The notes: a model not told the origin generated them from the letters alone. Positions 15,329 to 27,231 are shown, numbered from the stretch's first letter. The stretch: 36,759 nt of DNA from Desulfobacterium sp. (GCA_013824585.1 PNOB01000003.1:1-36759); one strand, 5' to 3'. Program-made: numbers and translations.

Positions 15329-17602
15329 TTACTTGCTCTCTTTGTAGTTACAGTCCGGATTTGCGCATTTTAAAAAAGTTCCCTGTTTTTTGCTGGTTTT
15401 TTCAACCAGGAATTTTGAATCACATTGCGGACATACCTGGGCAATCGGTTTGTCCCAGGTTGCAAAAGAGCAGTCCGGATAACGACTGCATCCATAGAAA
15501 ACCTTGCCACGTTTTGAGTTTCGTTCCACAAGGTCTCCTCCGCAATCCTTTTCCGGGCATTTTACTCCTGTGGTTTTCCCTCCTGAAGCACCACCATTAA
15601 CGGATTGGGTATTTTTACAATCCGGATATCCGGAGCAGGCCAGAAACTCTCCATAACGACCTTGTTTGAGAACCATGGGTTTTTGGCATTTTTCGCAGAA
15701 CTTGCCCTCTGCCAGCTCAAAAGACGGTTCAACAGGATGAACTTTTCCTTTTTCATCCCGGGAAAAATTTCTGGAATAGGAGCAATCCGGGTATCCGTTA
15801 CAAGCGAGAAAGGGGCCGTTTTTACCCACTTTGATATGAAGCTTTTTTTGGCACCGGGGACAATCCAGATCTGTGGGAAAACCGACCCCTTTGATGCTGA
15901 GCATGTTTTCCTTTGCAAATTCGAGCTTCTGGGAAAACTGATCATAAAACGTGCGAAGAACCTCCAGATAGGGCAGTTCGCCGATCTCGACCCGGTCCAG
16001 ATTGGTTTCGAATTTGGCTGTAAAATCAACATCCAGTATGTCCGGAAAGTTGTCCACCAGAAGGTCGTTTACAAGAAATCCAAGTTCACTGGGTCGGAAG
16101 TACCGATTTTCAAAATCCACATATCCTTTATCCCGGATTGTGGTCAGAATGGTTGCATAGGTGCTGGGCCGGCCAATACCGTTTTCTTCCAGTTCTTTTA
16201 CCAGTGAAGCCTCGGAGAATCGGGGCGGAGGCTGTGTAAAGTGCTGTTTGGGCTCCAGTTTGATCAGCTTGAGTGCCATTCCTTCGGTGAGTTCCGGAAG
16301 AACCTGTTTCTTCTGCTCTTTGTCAATACTCTCATCCGTTGAAATATAGAGAGCCATGAATCCGGGGAATTTAACCGTAGATCCGCTGACATTGAATGTA
16401 TAGTCTTTGGATTGTATGGACACGGATTTCTGGTCAATCAGTGCCTGGGACATCTGGGAAGCGACAAACCGTTTCCAGATCAGTGTATACAATTCATGCT
16501 GATCTTTTCCAAGATGGGGGGCCAGTTTTTCCGGGGTGTTATAAACCGATGTCGGACGGATGGCTTCGTGTGCATCCTGTGCTTTGTTTTTATTTTTAAA
16601 AAATCGGGGGCTCTCAATGCCGAATTCCGGTCCAAATTTTTCCCGGATAAGATCCTGGGCTTCCAAAGCAGCCTCGTTGGCAATCCTTACCGAATCCGTA
16701 CGCATATAAGTAATGAGACCCGTGGGTTCTCCCGGGCTGATTTCAATTCCTTCATAAAGCTGTTGAGCGACAACCATGGTTTTTTTTGCGGAGAATCTCA
16801 ACTTGCTGATGGCTTCCTGCTGAAGCTTGCTTGTGATAAAGGGGGGCAGGGGGTTTCTCTTGGTTGTTTTATTATTGATTTTATCAACTGCAAAGGCCGC
16901 GTTTCTTAATGCCTCAAGAATTTCATTGGCATGTTTTTCATCCGGTATTTCAATTTTTTCCCCATTTTTTTTGATCAACTTTGCATCAAAGGCAGGTGGG
17001 TATTTTCCTTCCAGATTGGCTGTAATGGACCAGTACTCGACAGGCGTAAATGCCTGAATGGCACGCTCCCGTTCACATATCATCCGGACGGTAACCGATT
17101 GAACCCGCCCGGCACTTAATCCGCCTTGCACCTTTCTCCACAGAAGTGGTGAAATCTGATATCCGACAAGCCTGTCGAGAATTCGGCGGGTTTGCTGTGC
17201 ATCATATTTATCCTTATTGAGTTCGTGTACGGAGCGGATCCCTTCATCAATACCGTTTTTTGTAAGTTCATGAAAAAGCACGCGATAAAAATTCCGGCCC
17301 TTTTTTTTCAGGATATCCGCTGTGTGATAGGCAATGGCCTCCCCCTCCCGATCCGGGTCAGGAGCCAGATAAACATCGGATGCATTGGCCGCCGCAGCCT
17401 TGAGGGATTTGATAACATTCTGTTTCCCTTTTATGTCGATATATTTTGGCGTAAAGTTGTTTTCAATATCAATTCCCATTTCATTGGGGGGTAAATCTTT
17501 TATATGGCCTGAAGTGGCAGTTACATTAAATTGATCCCCAATATATTTTTTTATGGTTTTCACCTTGGTTGGGGACTCGACGATAATTAAGGGTTTTGAC
17601 AC
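15329..17602 (-). CDS. topA: DNA topoisomerase I (type IA)
   Basis: LIIVESPTK, DPDREGEAI, SAGRVQS, LITYMRTDS, GIGRPSTYA, C-terminal C4 zinc ribbons. Confidence 0.97.
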   Translation of the reverse strand: MSKPLIIVESPTKVKTIKKYIGDQFNVTATSGHIKDLPPNEMGIDIENNFTPKYIDIKGKQNVIKSLKAAAANASDVYLAPDPDREGEAIAYHTADILKKKGRNFYRVLFHELTKNGIDEGIRSVHELNKDKYDAQQTRRILDRLVGYQISPLLWRKVQGGLSAGRVQSVTVRMICERERAIQAFTPVEYWSITANLEGKYPPAFDAKLIKKNGEKIEIPDEKHANEILEALRNAAFAVDKINNKTTKRNPLPPFITSKLQQEAISKLRFSAKKTMVVAQQLYEGIEISPGEPTGLITYMRTDSVRIANEAALEAQDLIREKFGPEFGIESPRFFKNKNKAQDAHEAIRPTSVYNTPEKLAPHLGKDQHELYTLIWKRFVASQMSQALIDQKSVSIQSKDYTFNVSGSTVKFPGFMALYISTDESIDKEQKKQVLPELTEGMALKLIKLEPKQHFTQPPPRFSEASLVKELEENGIGRPSTYATILTTIRDKGYVDFENRYFRPSELGFLVNDLLVDNFPDILDVDFTAKFETNLDRVEIGELPYLEVLRTFYDQFSQKLEFAKENMLSIKGVGFPTDLDCPRCQKKLHIKVGKNGPFLACNGYPDCSYSRNFSRDEKGKVHPVEPSFELAEGKFCEKCQKPMVLKQGRYGEFLACSGYPDCKNTQSVNGGASGGKTTGVKCPEKDCGGDLVERNSKRGKVFYGCSRYPDCSFATWDKPIAQVCPQCDSKFLVEKTSKKQGTFLKCANPDCNYKESK

Positions 17603-17604
17603 GT

Positions 17605-18714
17605 TTATTCCTCACAGCTTGAAAAATGTTTGCCCGGTGATTGGGTTACCATGCCTTCAAGTTCAAGTTTCAGCAGAATACCTGCCAGTTTTCCTGGTTC
17701 AATACCAGTCGAACGGACAATATCATCAAAATGAACCGGATATGGCTCAAGGGCTTTAAACACAATTGACTCTTCCGAGTCAAGCATTGTGTGTTTTTTT
17801 TTGATCTGAACCACAGGGGAGGCCCCGGATAATTCATGATAATGAAGGAATGGCTGGATCTCTTCCAGTACGTCTGCTGCGGTTTCCACCAGTTTTGCAC
17901 CCTGTTTCAGGAGGTTATGTGTGCCAGCGCTTTTAAAAGAATGAATAGACCCTGGAACGGCAAAAACCTCACGTCCCTGCTCTGCAGCAAGTTTTGCTGT
18001 GATGAGTGATCCGCTTTTCATGGCAGCTTCAACAACGATCGTGCCAACCGACATACCGGAGATAATTCTGTTCCGTAAAGGGAAATGGTATGGTTCCGGA
18101 TTTGTACAGAGCGGGAATTCCGAGATCACGGCTCCGGTCTCCCTGATTTTCTGAAAAAGGGATCGATTTTCCGGCGGATAGATAATATCAATGCCGCTCC
18201 CTAACACGGCGATGGTGTGACCGTTTGCCTCAATCGCTCCATCGTGCGCTGCGGTGTCAATTCCTCTGGCCATTCCGCTGACAATGGATATGCCATGATG
18301 TACCAACTCCCGGCTCAATTGCTTTGCCGTTGTGATTCCATATCGGGTAGCATTCCGTGATCCGACAATCGCCAAGTGCACGGCTGATTTTTCAAGATTA
18401 CCCAATACGTAGAGAAACGGCGGGGGATCTGGAATATGCAGCAGCAAAGGAGGATAGCTTTCATCAGCCATTGTTACGATCCTGATACCCTTTTCACTAG
18501 CGGATTCGAATTCCCGTTTTTCATGATCCGTGATTTTTTTTTGATGAATCGCTTTTGCAACTGAATGAGAAATGCCCGAAATCCGAGCTAATTCCTCAAC
18601 AGAGGCATTGAAAATATTTTCTGGGGACTGAAACTGATCAATCAGTTTTTTAAAGAGATGATTGCCGACGCCTTTTACATTTTTGAGTGAAAACCACTGT
18701 AGAACATTATTCAT
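17605..18714 (-). CDS. dprA: DNA-processing protein DprA
   Basis: AIVGSR, VSGMARGIDTAAH, FPLRNRIISG, SGSLITA, GREVFAVPG; usual dprA-topA adjacency. Confidence 0.96.
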   Translation of the reverse strand: MNNVLQWFSLKNVKGVGNHLFKKLIDQFQSPENIFNASVEELARISGISHSVAKAIHQKKITDHEKREFESASEKGIRIVTMADESYPPLLLHIPDPPPFLYVLGNLEKSAVHLAIVGSRNATRYGITTAKQLSRELVHHGISIVSGMARGIDTAAHDGAIEANGHTIAVLGSGIDIIYPPENRSLFQKIRETGAVISEFPLCTNPEPYHFPLRNRIISGMSVGTIVVEAAMKSGSLITAKLAAEQGREVFAVPGSIHSFKSAGTHNLLKQGAKLVETAADVLEEIQPFLHYHELSGASPVVQIKKKHTMLDSEESIVFKALEPYPVHFDDIVRSTGIEPGKLAGILLKLELEGMVTQSPGKHFSSCEE

Positions 18715-18728
18715 AGGGAAGGAATGAT

Positions 18729-19553
18729 TTATCTTATCCGTTTTAGCATCTCTTCAGCTTTTGAGCCGGCCGGGCTGAAGGGAAAGTTTTCAACCACCTT
18801 TTTTAAAAATAGCCGTGCATTTCCTTTATCGCCCATGGACAAATACGAATATCCTGTTTTGAGAAATGCGTCCGGTATTTTGCTGCCTTCCGGATAGCGG
18901 GTGACAACATTTTTAAAGGACATGATGGCGGCGGAATAGTTCTTTCTTGCATAATAGCATTCCCCAGCCCAATAAAGTGAATTGTCCGCAAGATCGTGAT
19001 TCGGAAATTTGTCGGAAAGAGAGATGAATGCAGAGGCGGCTTTTTCATAATCCGCTTTTTTATATGAGGCGAGTGCACTGTTATATAATGCCTCAGGGGC
19101 TTCATTTGATGAGGAACTGGATGATTTGGTTGTTACTGGCAATTCCGGCGGAGGCTGAGGGTTTGGCTCCTGATTCTGCTCTAAAATCGGTTGCTCCTGT
19201 AATATTTCAGAAGAGTTCGAGCTCGTAATAGGTTCTTCCTGAAGAGGCGTCTCCTCAATTGAATCGCTTTTGATTACGCCTGATTTTTCAAGATCTTTCA
19301 TTTTTCTTTCATGATTATCGAGCATGAATTGAATGATGGAAACCCGATGATAGATTTCATCCAGTTTTTTATCCATTTCCTGGATCTGTTTTTCAAGCAG
19401 TGTAACCTGAAATTCTTCCTGAGGCGGCGGATTTACCGCAGCACACGATTGAAACAGAACTGGACAACCGGATAAAAGAAATAACAAAAGACAAGACCAT
19501 GACAACTTTCTGCCCAAAGGGGTCTGGAAAGATTTTTTCATAGGCGTCCTCAT
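18729..19553 (-). CDS. cpoB: Tol-Pal-associated protein CpoB/YbgF (coiled-coil + TPR), probable lipoprotein
   Basis: Signal/lipobox region, trimerisation-like coiled coil, Pro-rich linker, TPRs (LADNSLYWAGECYY, YPEGSKIPDAFLK). Confidence 0.85.
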   Translation of the reverse strand: MRTPMKKSFQTPLGRKLSWSCLLLFLLSGCPVLFQSCAAVNPPPQEEFQVTLLEKQIQEMDKKLDEIYHRVSIIQFMLDNHERKMKDLEKSGVIKSDSIEETPLQEEPITSSNSSEILQEQPILEQNQEPNPQPPPELPVTTKSSSSSSNEAPEALYNSALASYKKADYEKAASAFISLSDKFPNHDLADNSLYWAGECYYARKNYSAAIMSFKNVVTRYPEGSKIPDAFLKTGYSYLSMGDKGNARLFLKKVVENFPFSPAGSKAEEMLKRIR

Positions 19554-19648
19554 GTAACCTGTTTATCGGAACTTACGAAAACAAGTGGAATGAATTACAT
19601 GTCTGTCAAATCCGCCCGTCCTGTTTTGTGTGAAAGGACTTATGCCAT

Positions 19649-20677
19649 TCACTCCTCCTGCCACGCAAGCAGTACCGGGCTGGCAACAAATATGGAAGAA
19701 TAGGTTCCAACTAAAATTCCGATGATCATGGCAAAGGCAAAATCATGAATGATTCCGCCTCCGAATATATATAGAGCGATAACAGCAAACAGTGTTGTCA
19801 GAGAAGTCAGAATGGTTCGGCTTAAGGTTTCATTAATGCTTTTGTTGATGGTGATGTCAAGGGTATCTTTTTGTTGTTTTTTCAGATTTTCGCGAATACG
19901 GTCAAAAACAATGATCGTATCATTCAATGAATATCCAGTAATAGTGAGCAGTGCTGCGATGATCGGCAATGTAAACTCTTTCCCAAGAATGGAGAAAGCT
20001 CCCACGGTGATGATTACATCATGCACAAGTGCGATAATTGCCCCCAGGGCATACTTTAATCCCAGAACCCAGAAAAGGATAATGGTTAAGGTCAGAGCAG
20101 CGGCAATGAGTATGGGAATACTTACATCAAAAATCGACAGGACAGAAACTGCACCAAACAGGGCAGCGGCAATGACGCCACTCAGGATCCATTTCAGTTC
20201 AAAACGTCCTGAGATATAAATCGCCGTGAATAAGAGTGAGAAAAATACTGCAAACAATGCCTTTTCCCTCAGGTCTTTTCCTACCTGGGGGCCGACCATC
20301 TCAACCCGGAGGATATGGGATACCTGTTTGGTTGATTTATTCAGGGCCTCCTCAATACGGGTGGCAAATCCTTCTGTTGTTTTGATGGGTGTGTTGGTCC
20401 GGATCAGATACGCATTTTCCTTTTCATCACCAAATCTCTGGACAGAGGTTTTCTCCAGGCCAACTGAATTGAGGCCGGATTGGATGTCGTTGACTTGAAC
20501 TGTATTATCAAATGAAATCTGAAGGAGCGTGCCTCCGGCAAAATCAACACCATACCTGGGTCCCTTATGGATAATCAGCGATCCGATACTGATCACAATC
20601 AGTAAAATGGACAGTGCATAGGCGATTTTTCGATTGCCGATGAAGTTTATATTGATATTGGCTTTGATGAACTGCAT
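19649..20677 (-). CDS. secF: Protein translocase subunit SecF
   Basis: [44 protein letters not shown]. Confidence 0.96.
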   Translation of the reverse strand: MQFIKANININFIGNRKIAYALSILLIVISIGSLIIHKGPRYGVDFAGGTLLQISFDNTVQVNDIQSGLNSVGLEKTSVQRFGDEKENAYLIRTNTPIKTTEGFATRIEEALNKSTKQVSHILRVEMVGPQVGKDLREKALFAVFFSLLFTAIYISGRFELKWILSGVIAAALFGAVSVLSIFDVSIPILIAAALTLTIILFWVLGLKYALGAIIALVHDVIITVGAFSILGKEFTLPIIAALLTITGYSLNDTIIVFDRIRENLKKQQKDTLDITINKSINETLSRTILTSLTTLFAVIALYIFGGGIIHDFAFAMIIGILVGTYSSIFVASPVLLAWQEE

Positions 20678-20732
20678 TGATTCATTCCTTTAAATGTAGT
20701 CTGATCAATATCGATCGATAATGAGTAATTAT

Positions 20733-22328
20733 TTATATGCTTATACTTTTTACGCGTCGCACTAACAGAAAGTAATCAAAAATCAGACGTGTGAGAACAA
20801 GTGCCGTAAAAAGGCTGATGATAATACCAAGACTCAGGGTAACAGCAAAACCTTTCACTGGGCCGGTTCCGAATTGGAACAGGACAAAGGCGACGATCAA
20901 GGTTGTGATGTTTGAATCCAGAATAGTCAGTGTCGCACGATCAAAACCTGCATTCAGGGATGCAAGAGGTGTTTTCCCGAGCCTCAGTTCTTCCCGAATC
21001 CGTTCGAAAATCAGAACATTCGAATCCACTGCCATACCAATGGTAAGGATGATACCGGCTATACCGGGAAGTGTCAGGGTGGCCTGAAATGCAGCCAGTC
21101 CTCCTAATAGCATTACCATATTGAAGATCAGGGCAATGACTGCAATGACTCCGGAGCCTTTATAATATATAATCAAGAACACGATCGCAATAAAACCTCC
21201 AATATACCCGGAGAGCAATCCTTTGTTAATGGAATCCTGTCCAAGGGAAGGGCCGACTGTTCTTTCTTCAACAATACTGACCGGGGCGGGAAGTGCACCG
21301 GCCCGCAGAATAATGGCCAGATCCCGGGCTTCTTCCATAGTAAAACTACCCTCGATAATGGCGCTTCCTCCTGAGATTTTTGACCGGATATTGGGTGCGG
21401 AATAAATGGTGTTATCCAGTACAATGGCAAGCCGTTTATTTACATTCTCACCGGTTACCCGTTCAAAGATCCGGCCTCCTTTTTTGCTGAAGGTCATGGC
21501 TACATAAGGTTCATTATATTGGGAGTCAATCTGAACCTTTGCATCAGTAAGATCCGCACCAGAAAGGGGGGACCTTTTTTTGATCAGCATGGGTGTTTTT
21601 GTCGTCTGGCCGGTTTCTCTGTTTTTACGAGTTTCATAGAGCAGCTCGCTTCCTGGCGGGATGCTGCCGTTGACTGCTGCGGATACATCACCTTCCTCAT
21701 CCACAAGCCGGAACTCCAGAAGGGCAGTTTTGCCGATCAGATTTTTCGCACGGTTCGTATCCTTGATTCCCGGAAGCTGAATCAGAATACGGTTTTCTCC
21801 CTGAAGTCGTATGTCCGGTTCGTTGACACCAAATTCGTCAATCCGGTTTCGAATGGTTTCAATGGCTTGTTCGACAGCCATTTTTTTCAGAGATTCCACT
21901 TCTTTTGAAGGAAGAGAAAGAAGGAAAGTGGTTTCACCGTTTCCGGATTCGGATTTGACCTCTAATTCTTTGTATTCTTTGTTTAAAAATTCATTAAACG
22001 GTTCGACCATCCCTTCCTTTACGGTTATTTCGATCTTATTTCTTCCTGCTGATCGGATTCCTGTATGTTTGATATGGGCAGTTCGAAGAAGCGTTTTGAT
22101 TTCTTGCGTCATTGTCTCAATCTGCCTTTCAACTGCTTTTTCTGTCTCAACTTCCAGGACAAGATGCATGCCGCCCTGCAAATCAAGGCCCAGGTTGATC
22201 TGTTTGTGCGGCCATATGGTGGGTTGCTCGGTCTTGTTAATGGCCATGTGGATTGTCGGAAAAAGATAAATCATCGTAACAACAATCACCACAGGCACAA
22301 CATAGAGTCTCCATGAAAGATTCTTCAA
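20733..22328 (-). CDS. secD: Protein translocase subunit SecD
   Basis: LGLDLQGG, RNRIDEFGVNEP, LRAGALPAP, GMAVDSNVLIFERIREE; TTG start. Confidence 0.97.
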   Translation of the reverse strand: MKNLSWRLYVVPVVIVVTMIYLFPTIHMAINKTEQPTIWPHKQINLGLDLQGGMHLVLEVETEKAVERQIETMTQEIKTLLRTAHIKHTGIRSAGRNKIEITVKEGMVEPFNEFLNKEYKELEVKSESGNGETTFLLSLPSKEVESLKKMAVEQAIETIRNRIDEFGVNEPDIRLQGENRILIQLPGIKDTNRAKNLIGKTALLEFRLVDEEGDVSAAVNGSIPPGSELLYETRKNRETGQTTKTPMLIKKRSPLSGADLTDAKVQIDSQYNEPYVAMTFSKKGGRIFERVTGENVNKRLAIVLDNTIYSAPNIRSKISGGSAIIEGSFTMEEARDLAIILRAGALPAPVSIVEERTVGPSLGQDSINKGLLSGYIGGFIAIVFLIIYYKGSGVIAVIALIFNMVMLLGGLAAFQATLTLPGIAGIILTIGMAVDSNVLIFERIREELRLGKTPLASLNAGFDRATLTILDSNITTLIVAFVLFQFGTGPVKGFAVTLSLGIIISLFTALVLTRLIFDYFLLVRRVKSISI

Positions 22329-22404
22329 AGCTCATTTCCTTTCTTCAATCCGTATTTCCGTTCCTGTTTCAGAATGGTTAGCCCATGATCCGGGAAATGG
22401 AAAA

Positions 22405-22743
22405 TTATTCCTTTTCTACAGAAGCAGATCCTGGACTTATTGTTCCGATATTACCTCTTGAAACCTTGATTCTTACCTTATCTGCAACTTCAAGGGTGAT
22501 GGTGGTATCATCAACCGCTGTGATCCGGCCATGAATCCCTCCGCTGGTGATCACACGGTCGCCTTTTTTAACAGAGTTGATCATATTCTGATGGTCTTTG
22601 GCTTTTTTCTGCTGGGGTCTGATCAACAGAAAATAAAAAATGGCGAACATTAAAATCAACGGTACAAAAGCAGTCAATCCACCTCCGCTTCCAGCGCCTC
22701 CGGTCGCGCCTCCGGTTCCCATTGCATATGCTACATTAAACAA
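22405..22743 (-). CDS. yajC: Preprotein translocase subunit YajC
   Basis: FYFLLIRPQQK, KGDRVITSGGIHG; AAGGAGG SD with TTG start. Confidence 0.96.
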   Translation of the reverse strand: MFNVAYAMGTGGATGGAGSGGGLTAFVPLILMFAIFYFLLIRPQQKKAKDHQNMINSVKKGDRVITSGGIHGRITAVDDTTITLEVADKVRIKVSRGNIGTISPGSASVEKE

Positions 22744-22917
22744 GATGATTCCTCCTTATATTTTAATAAAACCGTTTCCTTTTTGGTTATGAAAAACATG
22801 TCTCTTCCTCTGTGTTGAACACGGGTCGACACCACTGATACAGCAATCAGATCCCGGTGTCAATACAGGGTGGATATATTCTTCATGGAAAATAAAATTA
22901 TATATAAGAGAGGTAAG

Positions 22918-24378
22918 TTATGAATCACAAACGATTTTGCTGTCACCCGGAATCATTTCAGGGTCACCTTCAATTGCGATTCGAATGTCTAGCCGCATTT
23001 CCAGATTCTGTATTTCGCTTCTTTTTCTGTTCAGGAGGTAGGATGATACATTCATGGGAACCGTAACCGTAACATTGGTATCATTTGCTTTCATGGTGGC
23101 CAATCGGAGTTTTCGCAACACGGAAACGCCCAGTGTTTCCACAGATGGCGTGAGGCCTTTGCCTTTGCAGTGGGGGCATTTTACATAGCTTCCGGATTCA
23201 ATGGAAGGGTTGATCCTTTGTCTTGACATTTCCATAAGGCCGAATTTTGAGATGATGCCGACCTTTGTTCTGGCTTTATCTTCTTTTAAAAATGTTTTGA
23301 TGGCATTTTGTATCAGAATTCTGTGTTTCTGATCCCGCATGTCAATGAAATCGATCACAATCAGCCCCCCTAAGTCTCGAAGCCTGAGTTGCCTTGCGAT
23401 TTCTTCTGCAGCTTCCATATTGGTCTGAAAAGCGGTCTCTTCAATGGATTCTTTTCGGGTCGCTTTTCCGGAATTCACATCAATGGCCACAAGTGCTTCG
23501 GTTGGATTCAGTATAATGGAGCCCCCGGATTTCAATTGTACCCGGTTCTCGAAAATAGAGGAGATCTGGTCCTCCAGTTGATATTTTGAAAAAATGGGTT
23601 TGTCACTTTTGAAATGTTTGATAATTTGGACCTGTTTCGGAGAGATGATACCCATAAAGGTTTTAATATCCCGGTATACGGACTGATCATCAATCAGAAT
23701 TTCGTCTGTCTCCGGGGTGAAATAATCACGGATGGATCGTACTGCAAGATTCCTGTCTTTATAGAGAAGGCTCGGGGCTTTTTGTTCAACTCCCTTTTTT
23801 TTGATATTTTTCCAGAGGCGCAGGAGATATCGGATATCTTTTGAGAGAAGTGTTTTGGTGCAGCTTTCTCCTGCAGTACGGACAATCAGGCCAAACTCTT
23901 CGGGCAGCATTTCCCCGATGGTTTCTTTCAGACGTTTGCGTTCGTTTTCATCTTCGATTTTTCTTGAAATACCAATGGTTGTGCTGCCAGGCATCAACAC
24001 GGTATGTCTTCCGGGCAAAGAGATAAAGGTACTGAGCATGGCCCCTTTATTCAGCATCGGATCTTTGGTAATCTGTACGAGGATCTCCTGGCCTTTTCTT
24101 ACGATCTTTTGCAATGTACGGTCGCCGGAGGTGCTGTCGATAAAATAGTCGCTGTGAATCTCGCTTTGTTGCAGAAAGCCGTGTCGTTCTTCCCCGTAAT
24201 CAACAAAAACAGCCTGAAGGCTCGGCTCGATTCTGGTAATAATACCTTTATAAATGTTGCTTCTCGTTATGGCTTTGGATGTGGTTTCAATGTGAAATTC
24301 TTCCAGTTTATTGTCTTTTACAATAGCGATTCTACATTCTTCCATATCAACAGCATTGATAAGAATTTTATTCCCCAT
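22918..24378 (-). CDS. Rne/Rng family ribonuclease (catalytic domain only, RNase G-sized)
   Basis: NIYKG..EPSLQAVFVDYG (S1), IDVNSG, LRLRDLGGLIVIDFIDM, EMSRQR, CPHCKG Zn-link; no C-terminal scaffold. Confidence 0.93.
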   Translation of the reverse strand: MGNKILINAVDMEECRIAIVKDNKLEEFHIETTSKAITRSNIYKGIITRIEPSLQAVFVDYGEERHGFLQQSEIHSDYFIDSTSGDRTLQKIVRKGQEILVQITKDPMLNKGAMLSTFISLPGRHTVLMPGSTTIGISRKIEDENERKRLKETIGEMLPEEFGLIVRTAGESCTKTLLSKDIRYLLRLWKNIKKKGVEQKAPSLLYKDRNLAVRSIRDYFTPETDEILIDDQSVYRDIKTFMGIISPKQVQIIKHFKSDKPIFSKYQLEDQISSIFENRVQLKSGGSIILNPTEALVAIDVNSGKATRKESIEETAFQTNMEAAEEIARQLRLRDLGGLIVIDFIDMRDQKHRILIQNAIKTFLKEDKARTKVGIISKFGLMEMSRQRINPSIESGSYVKCPHCKGKGLTPSVETLGVSVLRKLRLATMKANDTNVTVTVPMNVSSYLLNRKRSEIQNLEMRLDIRIAIEGDPEMIPGDSKIVCDS

Positions 24379-24471
24379 ATTATTTCCTGTGCTTATCCTT
24401 TGTTTCTAATCGTTCTCCGTGAAGGAATTACAGTGCGATTTTGATTTTCATTGATGATGAATATTTAAGTT

Positions 24472-24553
24472 TAAATAAAGAATTGAAGTAGATAAGTCAA
24501 ACAGTTTTTATCCTGAATTACACCTTGCCAAGCGGGATGATTATTTGTATTGT
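24472..24553. promoter_or_regulatory. Divergent sigma70 promoters for rne/rng (-) and leuS (+)
   Basis: Minus strand TTGACT-N17-TATTTA (24500-24472); plus strand TTGCCA-N17-TATTGT (24525-24553). Confidence 0.5.
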
Positions 24554-24639
24554 CTGGATTCATCAAAATAGTGATATTGCGTGACGTTTAAATTATCGGA
24601 AAAGAACCTGAATGAAGAGATAGGTAAGGAAGATCGAAA

Positions 24640-27231
24640 ATGCAAGAAAACTACAATCCAAGATTGATTGAAAAAAAATGGCAGACATTCTGGGAAGATA
24701 CCGAGCTGTTTACGGTTGTGGAAGATGAGACAAAAGAGAAATATTACCTACTGGAGATGTTTCCCTATCCATCGGGTAAAATCCATATGGGGCATGTCCG
24801 GAATTATACAATCGGGGATGTGGTGGCCAGGTATAAAAGAATGCAGGGGCTGAATGTGCTTCATCCCATGGGTTGGGACGCATTTGGTATGCCGGCTGAG
24901 AATGCTGCTATTGCCAATAATACACATCCTGCTGCCTGGACATATGACAATATTGATTATATGCGGACACAACTAAAAAAACTGGGATTCAGCTACGACT
25001 GGAGCAGGGAAATTGCAACCTGTAAACCCGAATATTATCGGTGGGAGCAGTGGCTGTTTATCAAGATGTTTGAAAAGGGAATGGCATACCGGAAGGAGTC
25101 TTCGGTAAACTGGTGTGATCCATGTCAGACAGTTCTTGCCAATGAGCAGGTTGAAGCCGGTTTATGCTGGCGCTGCGGGAAACAGGTACGTCAGAAAAAA
25201 TTGGAGCAGTGGTTTTTCAGGATCACGGATTTTGCCGAAGATCTTCTTCTGTATTGTGATAAGCTTACAGGTTGGCCTGACAAGGTTACAACCATGCAGA
25301 AAAATTGGATCGGAAAGAGCATTGGTGCGGAGATCCGATTCCCTGTTGAAAATTCGGATCAAGTGATTCCGGTTTTTACCACCCGTCAGGACACTGTGTT
25401 TGGTGCAACCTTTATGTGTCTTGCTCCGGAACATCCATTGGTTCTGTCATTATCCCGGAATACACCGGAAAGAGAGAAGGTTGAGGCATTTGTGGAAAAA
25501 ATGTCTCTTCAAGACCGTTCTAGTAAGGCTGTGGAAAAATTTGAGAAAGAAGGTGTATTTATCGGTGTTCACTGCATCAATCCATTAAGCGGAAGAAAAA
25601 TGCCTGTTTATACAGCTAACTTCGCATTGATGGAATATGGTACGGGTGCTGTGATGTCTGTTCCCGCCCATGACCAGAGAGACTATGACTTTTCAGAAAA
25701 ATATGGACTGGAAAAAATTGTTGTGGTGAAGCCGCATGATCAGGACCTCGATGCTTCCGGAATGACAGAAGCTTACGTCGGTGCAGGAGTTCTGGTTAAT
25801 TCGGGAGATTTTAACGGGCTGGACAATACAAAAGCCCAGGATGATATTGCAGAATATCTGGAAAAAAATGGTTTAGGGAAGAAAACCATCAGTTTTCGCC
25901 TCCGGGACTGGGGGATATCCAGACAGCGCTACTGGGGGGCGCCGATTCCCATGATTCATTGTGATGCCTGTGGCATCGTGCCGGTTCCGGAAGAGGAGCT
26001 TCCTGTTCTTCTGCCTGAGGATGTGAAAATGCCGGAAGGCGGTAAATCCCCTTTGAATTCGCTTGCCCATTTTCAAAAAACAATATGTCCCAAATGCGGA
26101 AATCCTGAAGCCAGACGGGATACCGATACCATGGACACATTTATGGAATCCTCCTGGTACTTTGAACGGTACTGTAGTCCGCATGAAGACAAGGCGATGT
26201 TTGACCGGAAGGCGGTTCATTACTGGATGCCGGTTGACCAGTATATCGGAGGAGTGGAGCATGCGATCCTTCATCTTCTCTACTCACGATATTTTACTCG
26301 TGTTTTGAAAGAAGTCGGTCTTGTGGATTTCAAGGAACCCTTTACGCGACTGCTCACCCAGGGAATGGTATGCAAGGAGACGGTTTCGTGTCCCGAGCAT
26401 GGTTTTCTTTTCCCAGAACAGGTCGATACAAAAAGTGATTTGCCTGTCTGTATGATGTGTGACAGTTTAATCAAGGTTGGCCGTGTGGAGAAGATGTCTA
26501 AATCCAAGAAAAATGTGATTGACCCGAACATCCTGCTGAATCAGTATGGTGCGGATACAACCCGGCTTTTCTGTTTGTTTGCGGCTCCCCCTGAAAGGGA
26601 TCTGGAATGGAGTGAGCAAGGTGTGGATGGCAGTTACCGGTTTTTAAACAGAATCTGGCGTCTGGCTGAGAGTGCTATGGGAAAAATCCATGATGTGGCG
26701 CCTTATAATGGAGATTTCAACCTATTGGATGACAGGCTTAAGGAGTTATATCGCAAGGCGCATCTGACGATTAAAAAGGTCACCAATGATATTGAAGACC
26801 GGTTTCACTTTAATACAGCGATCAGCGCTGTAATGGAACTAGTGAATATGATGTACGGCGTTGAAAAATTTCATGAAATCCCGAACGGGACCTCTGTAAT
26901 GCGGTTTTCCATGGAAACAACAGTGCTTCTGATTTCTCCTATTGTACCTCATATCGCAGAAGAGCTTTGGGAAAGTATGGGCAAGACTCCAAGCATTCTT
27001 GATATGAAATGGCCCAGGTACCGTGAAGATGTTCTTGTACACGATAACATGACAATTGTGATACAGGTAAATGGAAAACTCAGGGGGAAATTCGAAATCG
27101 GGTCAGATGCTTCTGACGAGGAGATCCAGACAGCCGCTCTGACTCATCCGTTAGCCATAAAATTTGTTCAGGGAAAACCAATCCAAAAAGTGATCGTTGT
27201 GAAAAAGAAACTGGTGAATATTGTAATATGA
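24640..27231 (+). CDS. leuS: Leucine--tRNA ligase
   Basis: [13 protein letters not shown] (HIGH), [15 protein letters not shown] editing motif, [16 protein letters not shown]. Confidence 0.98.
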   Translation: MQENYNPRLIEKKWQTFWEDTELFTVVEDETKEKYYLLEMFPYPSGKIHMGHVRNYTIGDVVARYKRMQGLNVLHPMGWDAFGMPAENAAIANNTHPAAWTYDNIDYMRTQLKKLGFSYDWSREIATCKPEYYRWEQWLFIKMFEKGMAYRKESSVNWCDPCQTVLANEQVEAGLCWRCGKQVRQKKLEQWFFRITDFAEDLLLYCDKLTGWPDKVTTMQKNWIGKSIGAEIRFPVENSDQVIPVFTTRQDTVFGATFMCLAPEHPLVLSLSRNTPEREKVEAFVEKMSLQDRSSKAVEKFEKEGVFIGVHCINPLSGRKMPVYTANFALMEYGTGAVMSVPAHDQRDYDFSEKYGLEKIVVVKPHDQDLDASGMTEAYVGAGVLVNSGDFNGLDNTKAQDDIAEYLEKNGLGKKTISFRLRDWGISRQRYWGAPIPMIHCDACGIVPVPEEELPVLLPEDVKMPEGGKSPLNSLAHFQKTICPKCGNPEARRDTDTMDTFMESSWYFERYCSPHEDKAMFDRKAVHYWMPVDQYIGGVEHAILHLLYSRYFTRVLKEVGLVDFKEPFTRLLTQGMVCKETVSCPEHGFLFPEQVDTKSDLPVCMMCDSLIKVGRVEKMSKSKKNVIDPNILLNQYGADTTRLFCLFAAPPERDLEWSEQGVDGSYRFLNRIWRLAESAMGKIHDVAPYNGDFNLLDDRLKELYRKAHLTIKKVTNDIEDRFHFNTAISAVMELVNMMYGVEKFHEIPNGTSVMRFSMETTVLLISPIVPHIAEELWESMGKTPSILDMKWPRYREDVLVHDNMTIVIQVNGKLRGKFEIGSDASDEEIQTAALTHPLAIKFVQGKPIQKVIVVKKKLVNIVI

